Both the position numbers and the translations under genes were made by a program. The notes under the pieces were generated by a model, which did not search any database, was not told the origin of the DNA, and saw nothing but the letters and a program-made list of their open reading frames with translations. From Ascidiella aspersa (lineage: Eukaryota), in contig OZ004608.1 in NCBI GenBank assembly GCA_963924565.1, positions 25,296,001-25,360,000 on the forward strand: a DNA stretch of 64,000 nt. The letters run 5' to 3'. Positions 13,501 to 29,668 of this stretch are shown here, piece after piece. The stretch's first letter is position 1; each line of letters begins with the position of its first letter.

Positions 13501-15220
13501 TGCGACATGAGCACCGGTGGAGGTGGCTGGACTCTGGTTGCTAGCGTTCACGAGAACAACCTCTCCAACAATGGAAGATGCACGTCTGGCGACCGATGGT
13601 CCAGCACACAAGGATCCACAGCTCGTCCGAGAGGAGATGGAAACTGGGAAAATCTCAGCACCTTCGGCCACCTATCCTCGATCACGAGTGACGATTACAA
13701 AAACCCCGGATATTTCGACATCGGCGCAAGCAACGTAATGATTTGGCAAGTGGCCAACGACACGCCACTCTTGAACTGTAACTCGTCGTCTTACCTTCAA
13801 TATCGCACAACCGACAACTTTCTACGAAACTACAGGGGCAACCTGTATCACTTGTTTAAGGACTTCTTTCCAATAAAGTCCGGAACGTACAACAGGGCGA
13901 CCGACAACGGACCTGCCCCGGCTGTACATTTTGACAAAGGAAGCGCAGCCGACGTTTTGCAACATCAAGCACCAAATGTAAAGCCTTATATAGATGCGGG
14001 ATTCATTCAGGTAACGTTTATCTGTGTTGCTTCTGCAAATCTTTACTCTGTTGGCCCTAAAAAATAAGTTAGTTGTTTGCGAAGCAAAATATAAGATCTC
14101 TTGACCCGGATGTTAGTTGAAACATAAATACCAAAACTTAAGGCGAGAAAAAATGAGTTTACAGGTTGACATATATTTTCGTAAATTGTTTTCAATTGGT
14201 TGGAAAACTGGCAAAAAGTACAAAAATTATTCTAATACAAAATGATAGGTAATTTTTCACTCTAAGGCCATGTTTTTAAATTTTGTAGTCTGCGTCACAC
14301 TACAAAAAGAGGAAAACGCATACCCTGTAGGTTCTAAAATCATTTCAGCGTTACACTTGAAAGGCTTTATGTAGATAAATTGTCCTTATTGTTAGTTCAA
14401 CAATATGAATTTGAAATCAAGTTTGTAGAGCTCTTCTGGCAAATGTAATTTTTTATTTCGACGTTTCGACGTCCTATACAGGTCGTCTTCATCAAGGTAA
14501 ATAACACTGAATGCGACTAGTACAGTGCACGATAAACAAAGGAAAACAGAAAAAAGAATGGAACGCAAGCATGTTACAGCGCAACGCAAACACCACGCGA
14601 TAGCGAATGATTGGGCCTCTAATCTTTAAGCAGGTGCTTGTAGCACGCTGACAGCAACACTGATGTACTACTAGTCGCATTCAGTGTTATTTACCCTGAT
14701 GAAGACGACCTGTATAGGACGTCGGAATAAAAAATTACATTTGCCAGAAGAGCTCTACAAACTTGACATTATGCCTGGCAGCAATAGCTTATATAATGAA
14801 TTTGGAATGTTTTGGTAGTAAAAAGTTAAATATTAAAACTGACGTGAAAAATTATACGAGGTTGGTAGTTTAGCACAGATATTTTTCTTGAATAATTTTT
14901 GTTCAAAGATGAAAAAAATACGAAACTATTTTAATAAGAAACCAAAGATACTATTAACCATTAGGCTTCAATCAAAGCCTGTTTTCGATTAGTTTCGCGT
15001 TTTAAACGGAGAGAAGAATGCATTTGCAATGTGCCCCGGTGTCAGGGCCAAAGCGTCGCATCACAACGCCGAGCATTCTTGCATTGGATCAACCGACACG
15101 GCTCACGTCAATTACTGTGGAGATCTCGCAGCTTTAGCTTGGGATGGCATTGGAACGCACACAGGATGGAGTGTAGATGCTGTGCTTGCCAATACCGCCT
15201 TCCTTATTTTCTATCGTTAG
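10520..15220 (+). CDS. Secreted intelectin-family lectin with N-terminal collagen-like stalk and coiled-coil neck (~379 aa)
   Basis: Exons 10520-10808, 13388-14010, 14993-15220 join in frame. Signal peptide MDFNFGFIFLTIFAATSVIKG; Gly-X-Y run GMPGKRGPKGES-IR-GEKGETGS; neck ERLEETVEELQQEV; intelectin motifs SCKEI, FCDMSTGGGGWTLVASVHENN, CTSGDRWSS, GDGNWEN, SDDYKNPGYFDI, GFIQFRV, NAEHSCIG and terminal LIFYR. Confidence 0.9.
11453..12615 (-). mobile_element. Non-autonomous hAT (Charlie/SPIN-like) DNA transposon with transposase remnant, in lectin intron 1
   Basis: TIRs caggggcgtgcaac...gttgcacgctcctg; exact 8-bp TSD ctataaga (11445-11452, 12616-12623); minus-strand peptide KFPQLRKF..LFGSTYLCEQFF (11990-12181) matches the hAT C-terminal dimerisation motif. 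Confidence 0.85.
12698..13293 (+). mobile_element. Possible solo LTR
   Basis: Termini tgttgt...acaaca, internal AATAAA near 13184; flanks aagag and tagat match only partly, so the TSD is weak. Confidence 0.3.
14417..14766. mobile_element. Foldback of two inverted Penelope-like terminal fragments, each with a hammerhead remnant, in lectin intron 2
   Basis: Near-perfect ~100-bp arms (~14417-14523 and ~14668-14766); arm consensus ccCTGATGAa-GACGACCTGTATAGGACGTC-GAAACGTC-gg-AATAAA. Confidence 0.7.
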
Positions 15221-16587
15221 GCTTATTTTTTTGTGAAAGTTTTATATTATCACAATGTTTAAAAACATCGAAATTTTAAGTAGATCACCAATGTACAGGC
15301 CCTTTTCGTTAACTGTGACATTTATTGAGCTTTGAGTCAATAATATTTAATTTGCCTAAACAATTACTAAGAACAGCCGGTAAAGCATATCATTCCTCGC
15401 TGTGCACTTTGCCTTACGACTAATTAAGCAACATGTAAAATTCTAAACCCGTCATGGCTTGAATATAATTTGCTTTAGAGTAGGAAGGCTGGCAACTATT
15501 GGATAGACATTAAACAAGAAGGGCGAAATTGTGCCGAACTAATTTTATGTGATGGTAATACGTCAATGAGTAAAATTACTTCCAACACTGATGTTTGTTG
15601 CATATTTTGTCATTTAATTTGAAGATTGACCAGCTGCAATGTGTATATACATATTGTATTGAGGGCTGCAGAGAGTGATTTAATCAGCCCAGAATTTGAC
15701 AAAGTCGAGTGTTGAAACAGCACATGATGTGCCGTCGCGACAATTGTCAGCATTTGAGAATTTCTAGCCGTTTACAACTTTTTTTATTTCTATGTAGTTA
15801 TCCCAAACACACAAGCTCTATAAAATTTACTTTCTGCATAGTATATTTAAAGCTATTGTCATGGCCTTCGCAAACATTAATGGACCACGTGGCTGTGGAC
15901 ATACTATTCAGCTGATGCCATATCTTATCCTCAAATGTTTTACCATTCATCACCTCAATACGACAGGCCCTACCAGGCAACAAGTTTGGATTACAAATTA
16001 TGCATCACTATGGACTTTGTGGTATTAAATTTTAAAGTAAAAAAACAACAACAACAAAGAGATCAAATTAATTGTTCTACATATGCGACTGATGAAGTTG
16101 CTCGAAACCCCGTTGGGCCTAGCGACGAACAACATCATTTCAAATAATAGTTCAAGTGTAAATTACAACGAGTTGTTTTACGGAAGGACCTTAAACAATG
16201 TTGTAATTAAGGTTACATGACAGTGTTGAGAGCATGATGTCAAGGATTTAGGACTATTTTGAACGATATCCGGACCAAACTGTCCTTACGTCGCCGGTAT
16301 GCATGATCTACATACATACTCCGCAACTCACGTTTGCTTTCCCTTTAAAAAAACTAATTAGGTTTGTTATTATTTATACTTATCTGTGTATATTAGTGGA
16401 AAAAAGAGGGCGGGCAAAGCGACAACAAGCGCGTTTTATACTCGTTCGATATGGGTCGAAGACAGCAAAATAAAAACAACTATAGGACTCGATTTTGACC
16501 GCTGGTGTGTCATGCATCGAGCAGCTCGTGGCTACACCGTTTGTACTTTTACAAAATTTACTACTTAGTGTGAGCAAAGAATATTCA

Positions 16588-16932
16588 TGTATTTTTCTCT
16601 CGTTACGATTGTTATAAAGACAGACACAGTTTAATGAATGATTAGCAGAAAGCGGGCATAACGAAGTAAGAGCAAGATGGAGAAAATACAGTTTGTAAAA
16701 GGTAAAAACGAACTGTGCATTTCGTGAGTAGACAAGCAACAACACTTAACATTTCATCAGAATACAAATACAAACGCCCACAATGATAAAAGAAAGGAAA
16801 AACAGAGCGTAGCAAGTTATTTGTGTACCAATTAGTGACAGCGCGTTAGGCAAGCGTTAATAACAGCTTCATAAGACATGTAAGATTATAGTCGAATCGA
16901 CAAATAATTGGCCGCCATATGACGGCAAATAA
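16588..16932 (+). repeat. Direct repeat, copy 2 (paralogous to ~9587-9999)
   Basis: Same shared blocks as copy 1; the two copies flank the lectin gene. Confidence 0.85.
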
Positions 16933-17875
16933 TATTTAGGTCATTTGGGTTAAATAATTCCAATATGCAGTTCGTTTGATTGCAATGCTATGTTCAATTT
17001 GCCATAAATTGAGATCCTTGTTAAAAGCACTCATTTGTTATAAAACTAGTTAAATCCAAAGCTTTGGGTTGAGTGTAAAGCTACTACTTTAATATCAAAT
17101 TAACAAAAAATCCTGAGAAAATGTTTGAAAGAGCATGGCATCGGCAAACTTTCGACATCATGATAACAAGTATATATAAAATATTTAACAACGTTTTAAG
17201 GGAGCTAGCAAAACTTTTCTGTCAACAATAAGTGTTTTACGTGTTAAAATTATTAACAACCGTTCGTTAGACAGTGATAGACAAAACATTTTTCAATGTC
17301 TTCTGCACACATTGGAAGCAAATTACAACTCAGTTGAGAAGTTAGAGTTTAAAAAGCACATGTCATACAGATCTGCATCGAAATTTGTAAGTCACAAAGT
17401 CAAAATCGTTTTTACAAATTCCCTTACGTGTCGTCTTGTGCATTTCGAGTCTTGGCGTTACTGCAATAAAGCCCATCAAGAATGAGACATAGGCAGCTAA
17501 CAGTGCTGTGTTCATCGTTTCCAAATAGCTTTAAAATTATTTATGTACACTTGTACAGCTGTTTACTTATTTGCAAATATCTTTATGGAATGACAAGCTC
17601 GAAATGTCTTCAGGTTGGAACGAAACTCGGCAAGCGTGACTTGTGGCGTCGGCAAGAAAAATATAAGTGATTTTTAACATTGTTTTTTCAAAAAAAAAAT
17701 TCTAAAAGCTATTTTTGTCACATTGCCCCTAATGAAAAACGTCAATTTGATGAGTTGTCCATTGAGGGTCCTTTGCCATGCAAACGTTTGAGTAAAGCTG
17801 ACCCAGATACTGCAAGCGTCTATATCGAGCACATCAAAACAAGAGAAAGAAAAAGCCGAGCGAGATATTATTGGG

Positions 17876-20800
17876 CTATTCGTGTGGGGACCTGGCCATA
17901 GAGTGGTACTCAGGGTTGGCGTTCACTTTCAGAAACGAAGCGATTTTGTTGATGAGGGTGGTCAGGGCGACGGAGGTCACCATATCCCAGGCGTCCTCCC
18001 TGTCCAGTCCATGTGCAGTCAGTTCGTCCAGCTGGCGGTCCGAAACAGGTAAGTCGCTGGCGATTTCGAGCGCGAAATCGACGATGGCTCGCTGGCGCGG
18101 AGTAAGGTCTGCGGTGCCCGGATTGACTGCTACCTGAAATGGAACAGCGGCGATACATCAGACCTGGATATATTTTTGCAATAACTGTCAGTTGCCAATC
18201 GATTCCCACAACATTGTGAAGTTAATTAGAAAATTTCGTTCATTACATACAATTCAAACAGAATTTCAGAAAGGGAACATCATACACATAACACACACAA
18301 ACAATATTTGTAAAAAAATAACAACAAAAATGAGAGCCTGTCATATGCAGACAGAAACAATACCAAAATCTGCTGTACTGAATCGTATCGAAAGAAACAC
18401 TGTAATTAAACAAAATTAACCAACGCGTGGCCCTTATCGCAACGCAGGAAGCGGCAAACAGGAAAAGCATCACTTTTTGCTGAAACAAGTAAATACCTGA
18501 TCGGCCAGGTAGGGATTTCCGGACGAAAGGCGATGTAGTGCGCTATGTGTGACAACACAATAACTGCATTTGTTGCGGGCGCTAACAACGACTCCGATCA
18601 GCTCACGGTCTTCCTTCTTTAGGTTCGAGTCTTCTGTTGAATGCGGAAGGATGTTAATGGCAAAAGGTAGAGCAGGGCGGTTGAAAATTGTTCTTTATAA
18701 AGGTGCATTACACTAGAAAGATTGGACTTTCTATGCAACACCTATAAAGAACTTTATAATCTATACTTAACCGACATTCTTAATTATAATATTTCAGTCG
18801 AGTCTTATTTTTTTTCTGCTAATATACATATCCGATACCCAATGACAAGTGGTAATATCAGTACTCATCCGATTCTAGGATGGTATCGGTGCCGATCCGA
18901 TACTAAATTTTTACAGGGTTTTCGGCATGATTTGTGATCCAGCGTAAGTAATGTTTTTTACCTTGAAAGGCAACTATTTAAAAAAAATATTTAGTTAACA
19001 TCTGAAGATCCCCAAACTTATTGACACTGAAGGAAATTTTGACCTCGCAATTAGGAAAAATATATCTATAAACGTATAAAATTAATATTTTTTGCTCGTT
19101 TTCGTTTAAGCGTATCAAATTCATTTGGTATCCAATCGGGTTGCGATACTTTTTTGTCAAAATATCGGGTATCAGTATCAGAATCAAACGTCAATTATCG
19201 GATATCCCATGACTGTTAATAACAAGTGCTTACAAGTACTTTCAACTCAGTGATGGGTAGTTCCGCCTAACGCCGAACCCACGCAATAAACAGAATAATG
19301 AATAGATGATAATATCGATAACTCTATGGTTTATAATTATGCCACTGTTATTGGTGTTACGTAAAGGGTAAAATATATATTTAACGACAATAAAAGTGCG
19401 TTTCGGCAAAAAACGTTAGCAAATCACATAGAGTGCTTTATCGGTTCTCGAAGAGTTTGCGACAAAAGCAATCTGACGTGCTTACATACTTCGGTTTGTG
19501 TTGGCGTCGTAATACTCCAAGTAACACTTGAACTCGTCTGGACGATGCGCAAGCGCGTGAAAGAGGTTAGGAATGAAGCCGACCTTGTCGTCCAACTTGT
19601 ACATACGCTCCTGCACGTGCAGCGGAAGCTCTTTTACCTGGACGTAATAGGGGATTAAAAATGTGTTTAGTCTTATTTGAACATAGGATATTATTCCTAA
19701 GAAATAAGATAAAATTGAACAAATAAAGGGATGTTTTTCCGGGTTCTAAATAAAAATTAGCTTAAGCTAAATTACTGACGTATCTTTTTTGAGAAATTCT
19801 CGAAGAAAAGAATCATTGAGAATGTTCGCGCACATAATAAGGATTTATAATGTGTTTGGTCTTATTTGAACATAGGATAATATTCCTGTGTTCAAATAAT
19901 AAAAAAGACAAAATTAAAACAAATAAAGGGATGGTTTTCCAGGTTATAAAGCAAAATTAGCTTAAGCTAAATCACGGACATCTCTCTTGTTGAGAAATTC
20001 ACTTATTAAGAAAAGAATCATTGAGATTGTTCGCGTACATAGGGATTTATAATGTGTTCGGTGCTGGTTATAAATACCACCGAAACATGTGTGATACTTC
20101 GCATTTATTCCGATACTGATTGACAAATAAGCGTACGGCCTGATCCTATACCGAAATAAATTCCTATGATCAAATAAGCAATAAACTAAAATTCAAATAA
20201 AGGTATTGTTTTCCAGGTTATAAAGCAAAAATTGGGTTAAGCTTTAGGGACGTCAATTATGTCAAGAGTGGCATGTTAACTTTTTTGAGGATTTTGGTCT
20301 TATTTTCATATAGGAGAATATCCCTGTGTTCAAATAAGAAATAAGATAAAATTGAACAAATAAAGGGATGTTTTTCCAGGTTATAAAGAAAAATTAGCTT
20401 AAGCCTAATTACAGACGTCTATTTTGTATGAGAAATTTACCTTTTTCGGATAAGAATCATAATTGAGACTGATCGCGCACATACACATAATTGCCTTATC
20501 GTATGACTTACGGGAAAGGACTGTTTTTTTTACTAATACACCAGTTACAAAAAACGATCGAACCCTTAGAATGAACTAAAACATTTTTAGTGCTATATAT
20601 TGGTTATAGGCTTATAGCTTTTTAGGAACCAAAACGCTAATCGAGTAGCACATAAACTAAGTTTGAGTTACAACCAACGGACGTTTCGGCGTTAGATTTT
20701 TTAATGACTGAGAACACCCCCAGTTATATGCTAAATACAGGGCCAACGGGAATAATAAGAAACGTGCCCATTAGCAGTATACAAGCGGGGCAATCGGGTG

Positions 20801-21548
20801 CACTTACATTATTAATAGGATAGCGAGATGTGACCCTCGATTGTTCCGGACTGTGGCTTTTGGCGCAGGTTTTCTGAAAGCAGATCGGCGATTGGTGATG
20901 ACCAGCCGCTCCATACCCGCTGTTTACTTTAGCCGCGGGTTCGATGATCTGCAATACAAAAAAATTTTAACTTGCTTTAAAGCATGCCGACATGTTCAAT
21001 TACAGTTGGTCTACAACAGGGGTGGCGTACGGCTCGCCAAATGATTATTCTCCGGCCCGCCACCTTCTTTATGAAATAAGTAAATATATTTTTTGGCTAT
21101 TTCAACTAAGCAAATGTGAGCAGTGCCTACCCTGGAATGCAATTATGAACAATGCAAGTTTCGCCAACAAACTGCAGCAGAATAATTGTCAGTTAAAACT
21201 TATTCGTAGGTAGGTTTAAACTCGCGACTAGCAAAATGTTGCCCAATGCCCACCTATGGTTACAAAAACGATCATAAACATTATAGATGTCATTGGAAGT
21301 GTAAACAAATAGTAACAATAATTTATTCTTTGTCTATTGATTTTTTTATTTAAAAACATTATTTTCAAAGTTACAAGCAAACTGTATGAGTTGGTAGAAA
21401 TTCCAAAGTCTTGTAACATACTTTAAGGTAAAGTCATACGTTCTAATAAGTTCCGTAGTGCACAGGAAAGAATTTCCACTTCATAAAACGAAAAATAGCT
21501 TACCTGAAGAAGCGGTTGAAAGGTGAACCTGGCCAATGTGCGCTTCAT
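17876..21548 (-). CDS. AhpD-like peroxidase-related enzyme (CMD/AhpD fold) with putative mitochondrial presequence, 242 aa
   Basis: Exons 21548-21504, 20948-20808, 19637-19490, 18633-18497, 18133-17876 (729 nt, all GT-AG, in frame). Protein: MKRTLARFTFQPLLQIIEP...SRYPINNVKELPLHVQERMYKLDDKVGFIPNLFHALAHRPDEFKCYLEYYDANTNRKDSNLKKEDRELIGVVVSARNKCSYCVVTHSALHRLSSGNPYLADQVAVNPGTADLTPRQRAIVDFALEIA...EDAWDM...NANPEYHSMARSPHE. Carries the AhpD signature E-x11-C-x2-C-x3-H. Confidence 0.9.
18770..19210. mobile_element. MITE-like element rich in ccgata/tatcgg motifs (same family as ~60620-61011)
   Basis: Shared blocks ggtatcggtgcc..cgatac, atgatttgtgatc, gcgatacttttt..tcaaaa and similar 3' ends; ends approximate. 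Confidence 0.55.
19650..20480. repeat. Degenerate tandem array of a ~190-bp unit (about 4 copies) in the AhpD-like gene intron 2
   Basis: Recurring gtcttatttgaacatagga..aaataaagggatg.ttttcc.ggtt..aaattagcttaagc..gagaaatt..aagaatcat near 19670, 19860, 20190 (partial) and 20298. Confidence 0.85.
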
Positions 21549-22528
21549 ATTAGCTAGCAAGCAACACCTAAACTACTAAAACTCTAAAATCCTGGAACAC
21601 AACAAGAAAAGAATTGGCAAAAAGGGCACTTTACGAACGAACTTATGTTACGCGGAACACAAAATAATCCTTAGTTTAGTGGAACTTTTGAATAGCAAGT
21701 TATTGATTTTAAAATTAATTTAACGTCCAGAATGCGGTATTCGTTAAACAAGTTTGAAACCTAATTAAAGTAAGGACATTACCATATTTTGAAACAAAAA
21801 ATGTCAAAAGAGTAACACGTATAGGCTACACAGTAAAGGTTTCAATAAAAAACAGCATGGCTTTAAATTAAACAACAAAGGCACGCCTAATAGAAAGTCA
21901 TGGTGGAGATCACAAAACAAAACAGGACAGGAAAAAGATGATAACAAATAATTTAAAAATTGTTATAATAATCAACGTTTGATAATTTAAATGACTAATG
22001 CTAACGTATCAAAATAATTTGAAACTATAAACAGAGATGAGTCCTCTAGATATTCGGGCGGTGAAATTCGGAGATATTCCGTACATGATTACCACTCATA
22101 AAAAGACACGTATACCACACAGTATAACATATTTTGATTCCGACCCAACGTTCTGGCTGGAAACTGGTACAAATACAGACAAATATATGTAAAGTTGTTT
22201 GTGTAAGAGAAATAACACAAGCAAATGGTTGGATTGGAAAAATCCACGTCCTATGTAATCATATATATTATAATATATATTTATTGTCGGTAATACCAAA
22301 TCTAATGATAGAAGCTCATGCAAGAAGATGTTGAATTCATCAAAAACACTTTTACAAATTTCTAAAAATCCCCTTATTCCAATAGGGTAGACACTTAAAT
22401 AGAGTAAAACTCGCTAGGTTTCACGCAACCAATATATTTTTAATTTCGAAGCATTTTTAGGTTTTTGGAATCTCCTTGTAGCCAACGGTCGGTGGTGTCA
22501 CACCCCTGTGACGTAGCAAGGAGTTGGG

Positions 22529-26699
<4,171 letters not shown>

Positions 26700-28172
26700 T
26701 TCCCCCAAAAAAACAGATTTTATCTGTAAAATGAAAAAAAAGAGTTAAAGACAATAAAGTCTAAGTAAAGTATAATCCTGGTGAAAAATTGTTATTATCT
26801 AATAACAGAAGTTAATTATTAACCATCTTCTTATTAAATGAAGAAATGGGATTCAACCCTCAAATTATATAGGCATACCAAAATGGTCATTTTGAGGAGG
26901 ATGTAGCAACTTGTCCAAAAAGGTAAGATTTTGATGTAAAATGACATAATTAGACACAAATTAAAAAATGGGTAAAAACACAAGTAATAAATATCACTCA
27001 AATCGGTTGTATAAAACATTAAATAAATATCAAACAAAGAAATTTGTATTGAATATAAAATAAAGAAAAAAACAGTAGCTTTCTGTCTATATTATTTTAA
27101 CGAATCATATAATAACACAAATGTCAAGGTTACTCTTAATGGCAAAGATATGACTGGTTGGTCGATGTCGCAATCCTTGCAAGTCCAATTAAATTAGACA
27201 TACATGAAGACCAAGTACTTGCAAATGGCTTAGATGACACATTCTACTATTTAGCAAAATACAAGAGAACCTGTGTGGAAAAAAAATGGTAAACAAGGTA
27301 AAATAACATCGGAAATTGCAAAAATAAAAACCACAAATGAAAAGTTACACATTTTTATTTTTATTTTGGACATAAATATTTTTGAAGCGCTACTGTAAGG
27401 GTACTGGACACAAACACCAAATTAATGTAGGGTAAAGAGTAAAAAAATATTAATTTTTATCATAAAATATTGTTTTTATTATAAAATATAGAAGCAGAAC
27501 CCAACGAAATGGATGCAAAGCTAAAATCCTATGCAGAAAACATATTATAAGGAAAATATTTTACAAAAAGATGCAACACCAAAGTGATATTACAACATGC
27601 TCTTTCAAACCAAATAAAAAAAGTTTGTAGATTTCAGGGAAACAATAAACATATCAACACTTACGCATAAAAATTTCGTAAATTTAAATAAAATATGAGG
27701 TAAATCTTAATAAAAAAACAGCAAAATATTATCTACAAATTAATTAAGTATGAATCTTTGTTAATGAAAAACAGCTTGGTAGGGCACAAATTTGCAAACA
27801 GTGTGCCTGCATTTTTGGCGAGATGATTGGACACTCTACCAACAGGGGAGTGCATATTTTAATTCAAGGCCAACGCTGTAGTGGCACTATATTATGCTTC
27901 AGCATCAATGGCTACAAGGCACTGTGGGGAAATACACTTAGTACTTTGTTAATAATGGATAGGTATGCTTTATCCTCAAACATCTTTTTTTTTTGTATAA
28001 GCGTTGTCAGACTTTGAATTGCATGAGAGAGATGTGGCAAGGATTTGTTACAAACAAATTTTTTCCTTTATTCATAAAATGTCATGACCCAATTGATAAA
28101 CCTTTGCCTGAGGTTAAATCGAAACTTTAACTAGCCCTTAAATTTCTGAATTGCCTGCAGTTGTAAGGCATT

Positions 28173-29450
28173 TTAATCAAAACCTTGCCAATCACTTGCT
28201 TCTGAATCATAATCAGAACAGCGTTCAATACATTTCACTCCTAATTTCAATGACGGAGTTCCTTGGTTTTTGCCTGAAAATGTTAAAGGAATAATTAAGA
28301 GTTAAGTCATAAATAATTATGTAAAATAATAAAAGCAGCAAACACATTACCTAGAATTTCCATGTTCAATACAATGGTAAGTCTGCAGTTAGGGTTAGAC
28401 TCTAGGTACAGTTTCTCTTTTATTACACCTTCTTTATGTTCAGGTAGATATTCTATAAACATTACAATCCCAGATTCTGTAAATAACAACAATGTAATAC
28501 ATATGTGCCTTTTATTTTAAACAGATTATTAAAAAGCTGTCAACCTTGAAACAAAATTTTCTTTACTTCAATCCCAAGGCCTGGTGCTGAACATGTTACA
28601 TTTTCAGACAGTTGGAGTACATTAGGCAAGGTAAACTGGATGGCATACCTAATATACAGCTTGATTAAGTTATAAACAAAACAAAGCAAAACTAGCATAT
28701 ATATTACTTTGGAACAGTGGTTCTTAACTGGGGGAGCCAACCAATGGGAGTACAAGGCTTACTTACCCTTTTTATTGCAATTTTATTGTTTCATTACACG
28801 AATTACACATATGTAGGTAAGTAACTGAAGAAAAGGTTCACGATTTCGAGATTTGCGAGCTTTTGGGCAACTTTAATATATTTTCTAGTGTTTATGATTA
28901 ATTTAAGCTATGTTTAGTCAGAACTAAGGATGTTCAAAGTAGAATATTGAATCCTTGGATTTGAATCCAGATGGGATTATTTGGGTTATGATTTGACAAC
29001 TTGTTTGGTTACTGTAAAAAAAGTGTGGTAGGATTTTAGACCAGCGCTGAATAAATATAATAGTAATACTTGACCCATCGAAACTCGTACCCCAAGTCCC
29101 CAACCCAAATAAAGTTGGCAATATAAACTCCGGAACAAAAATGTGGTAGCATTGTAGATCAGCGCAAAAGAATGGATAAAAATGTGTTACGGCCGCTACA
29201 GGCTTTGCCACTCCCTCTTGCATACAATTTGGTGCAACCATACGACTTTTAACTAATATTCATTAAGATAATTAAACTTTAATTTTGTCTTTTTTGTATG
29301 AAAATGATTTTTTTACCTGTTCAGAACTTTAAGAAAACCAACGTGAACATCAATTTGAGATTTGCTACTTTGTACCACAGATATCGGGCTATGGTCCGAA
29401 TCGTTCTCTACTTGAAACGACACGCCGACTTTTCCACGAGTTTTAGACAT
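28173..29450 (-). CDS. ADISSP: Adipose-secreted signaling protein homologue (C20orf27/UPF0687), ~154 aa
   Basis: Exons 29450-29317, 28648-28545, 28476-28351, 28273-28173. Motifs VHVGFLKVLNRYAIQFTLP, HKEGVIKE, GTPSLKLGVKC and C-terminal DYDSEASDWQGFD match C20orf27. Confidence 0.92.
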
Positions 29451-29668
29451 ATCAGTTAACGTTAAAAAACTTCCCTTTGCAGTAAAATGTTAAAACGTAG
29501 AATAGGCAGAAACATTAACACGTGAATTTTAATTTTGATTCAAGTTTTTTTTAATTTAATTTATATGTTATTGTGTAACCAATTGGAATATAATGAGATA
29601 ATATAAGTTTCAATGGCAGTTAAAGTGGACGCCATTTTATATCAACCTTAGTAATGTGTAGGATAGAG

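Noticed and set aside
16086-16130. CTGATGA...GAAAC hammerhead-like core
   Set aside because: Stem II is very weak and no NUH site or stem I pairing follows.
19650-20480. Possible CRISPR-like array
   Set aside because: Long degenerate units with no unique spacers, in a eukaryotic intron with no cas genes.
17876-21548. Bacterial contamination as the source of the AhpD-like sequence
   Set aside because: It has four canonical spliceosomal introns with host repeats and is contiguous with animal genes.
28924-29241. 105-aa ORF in ADISSP intron 1
   Set aside because: No recognisable motif, and ADISSP exons 1 and 2 join in frame without it.
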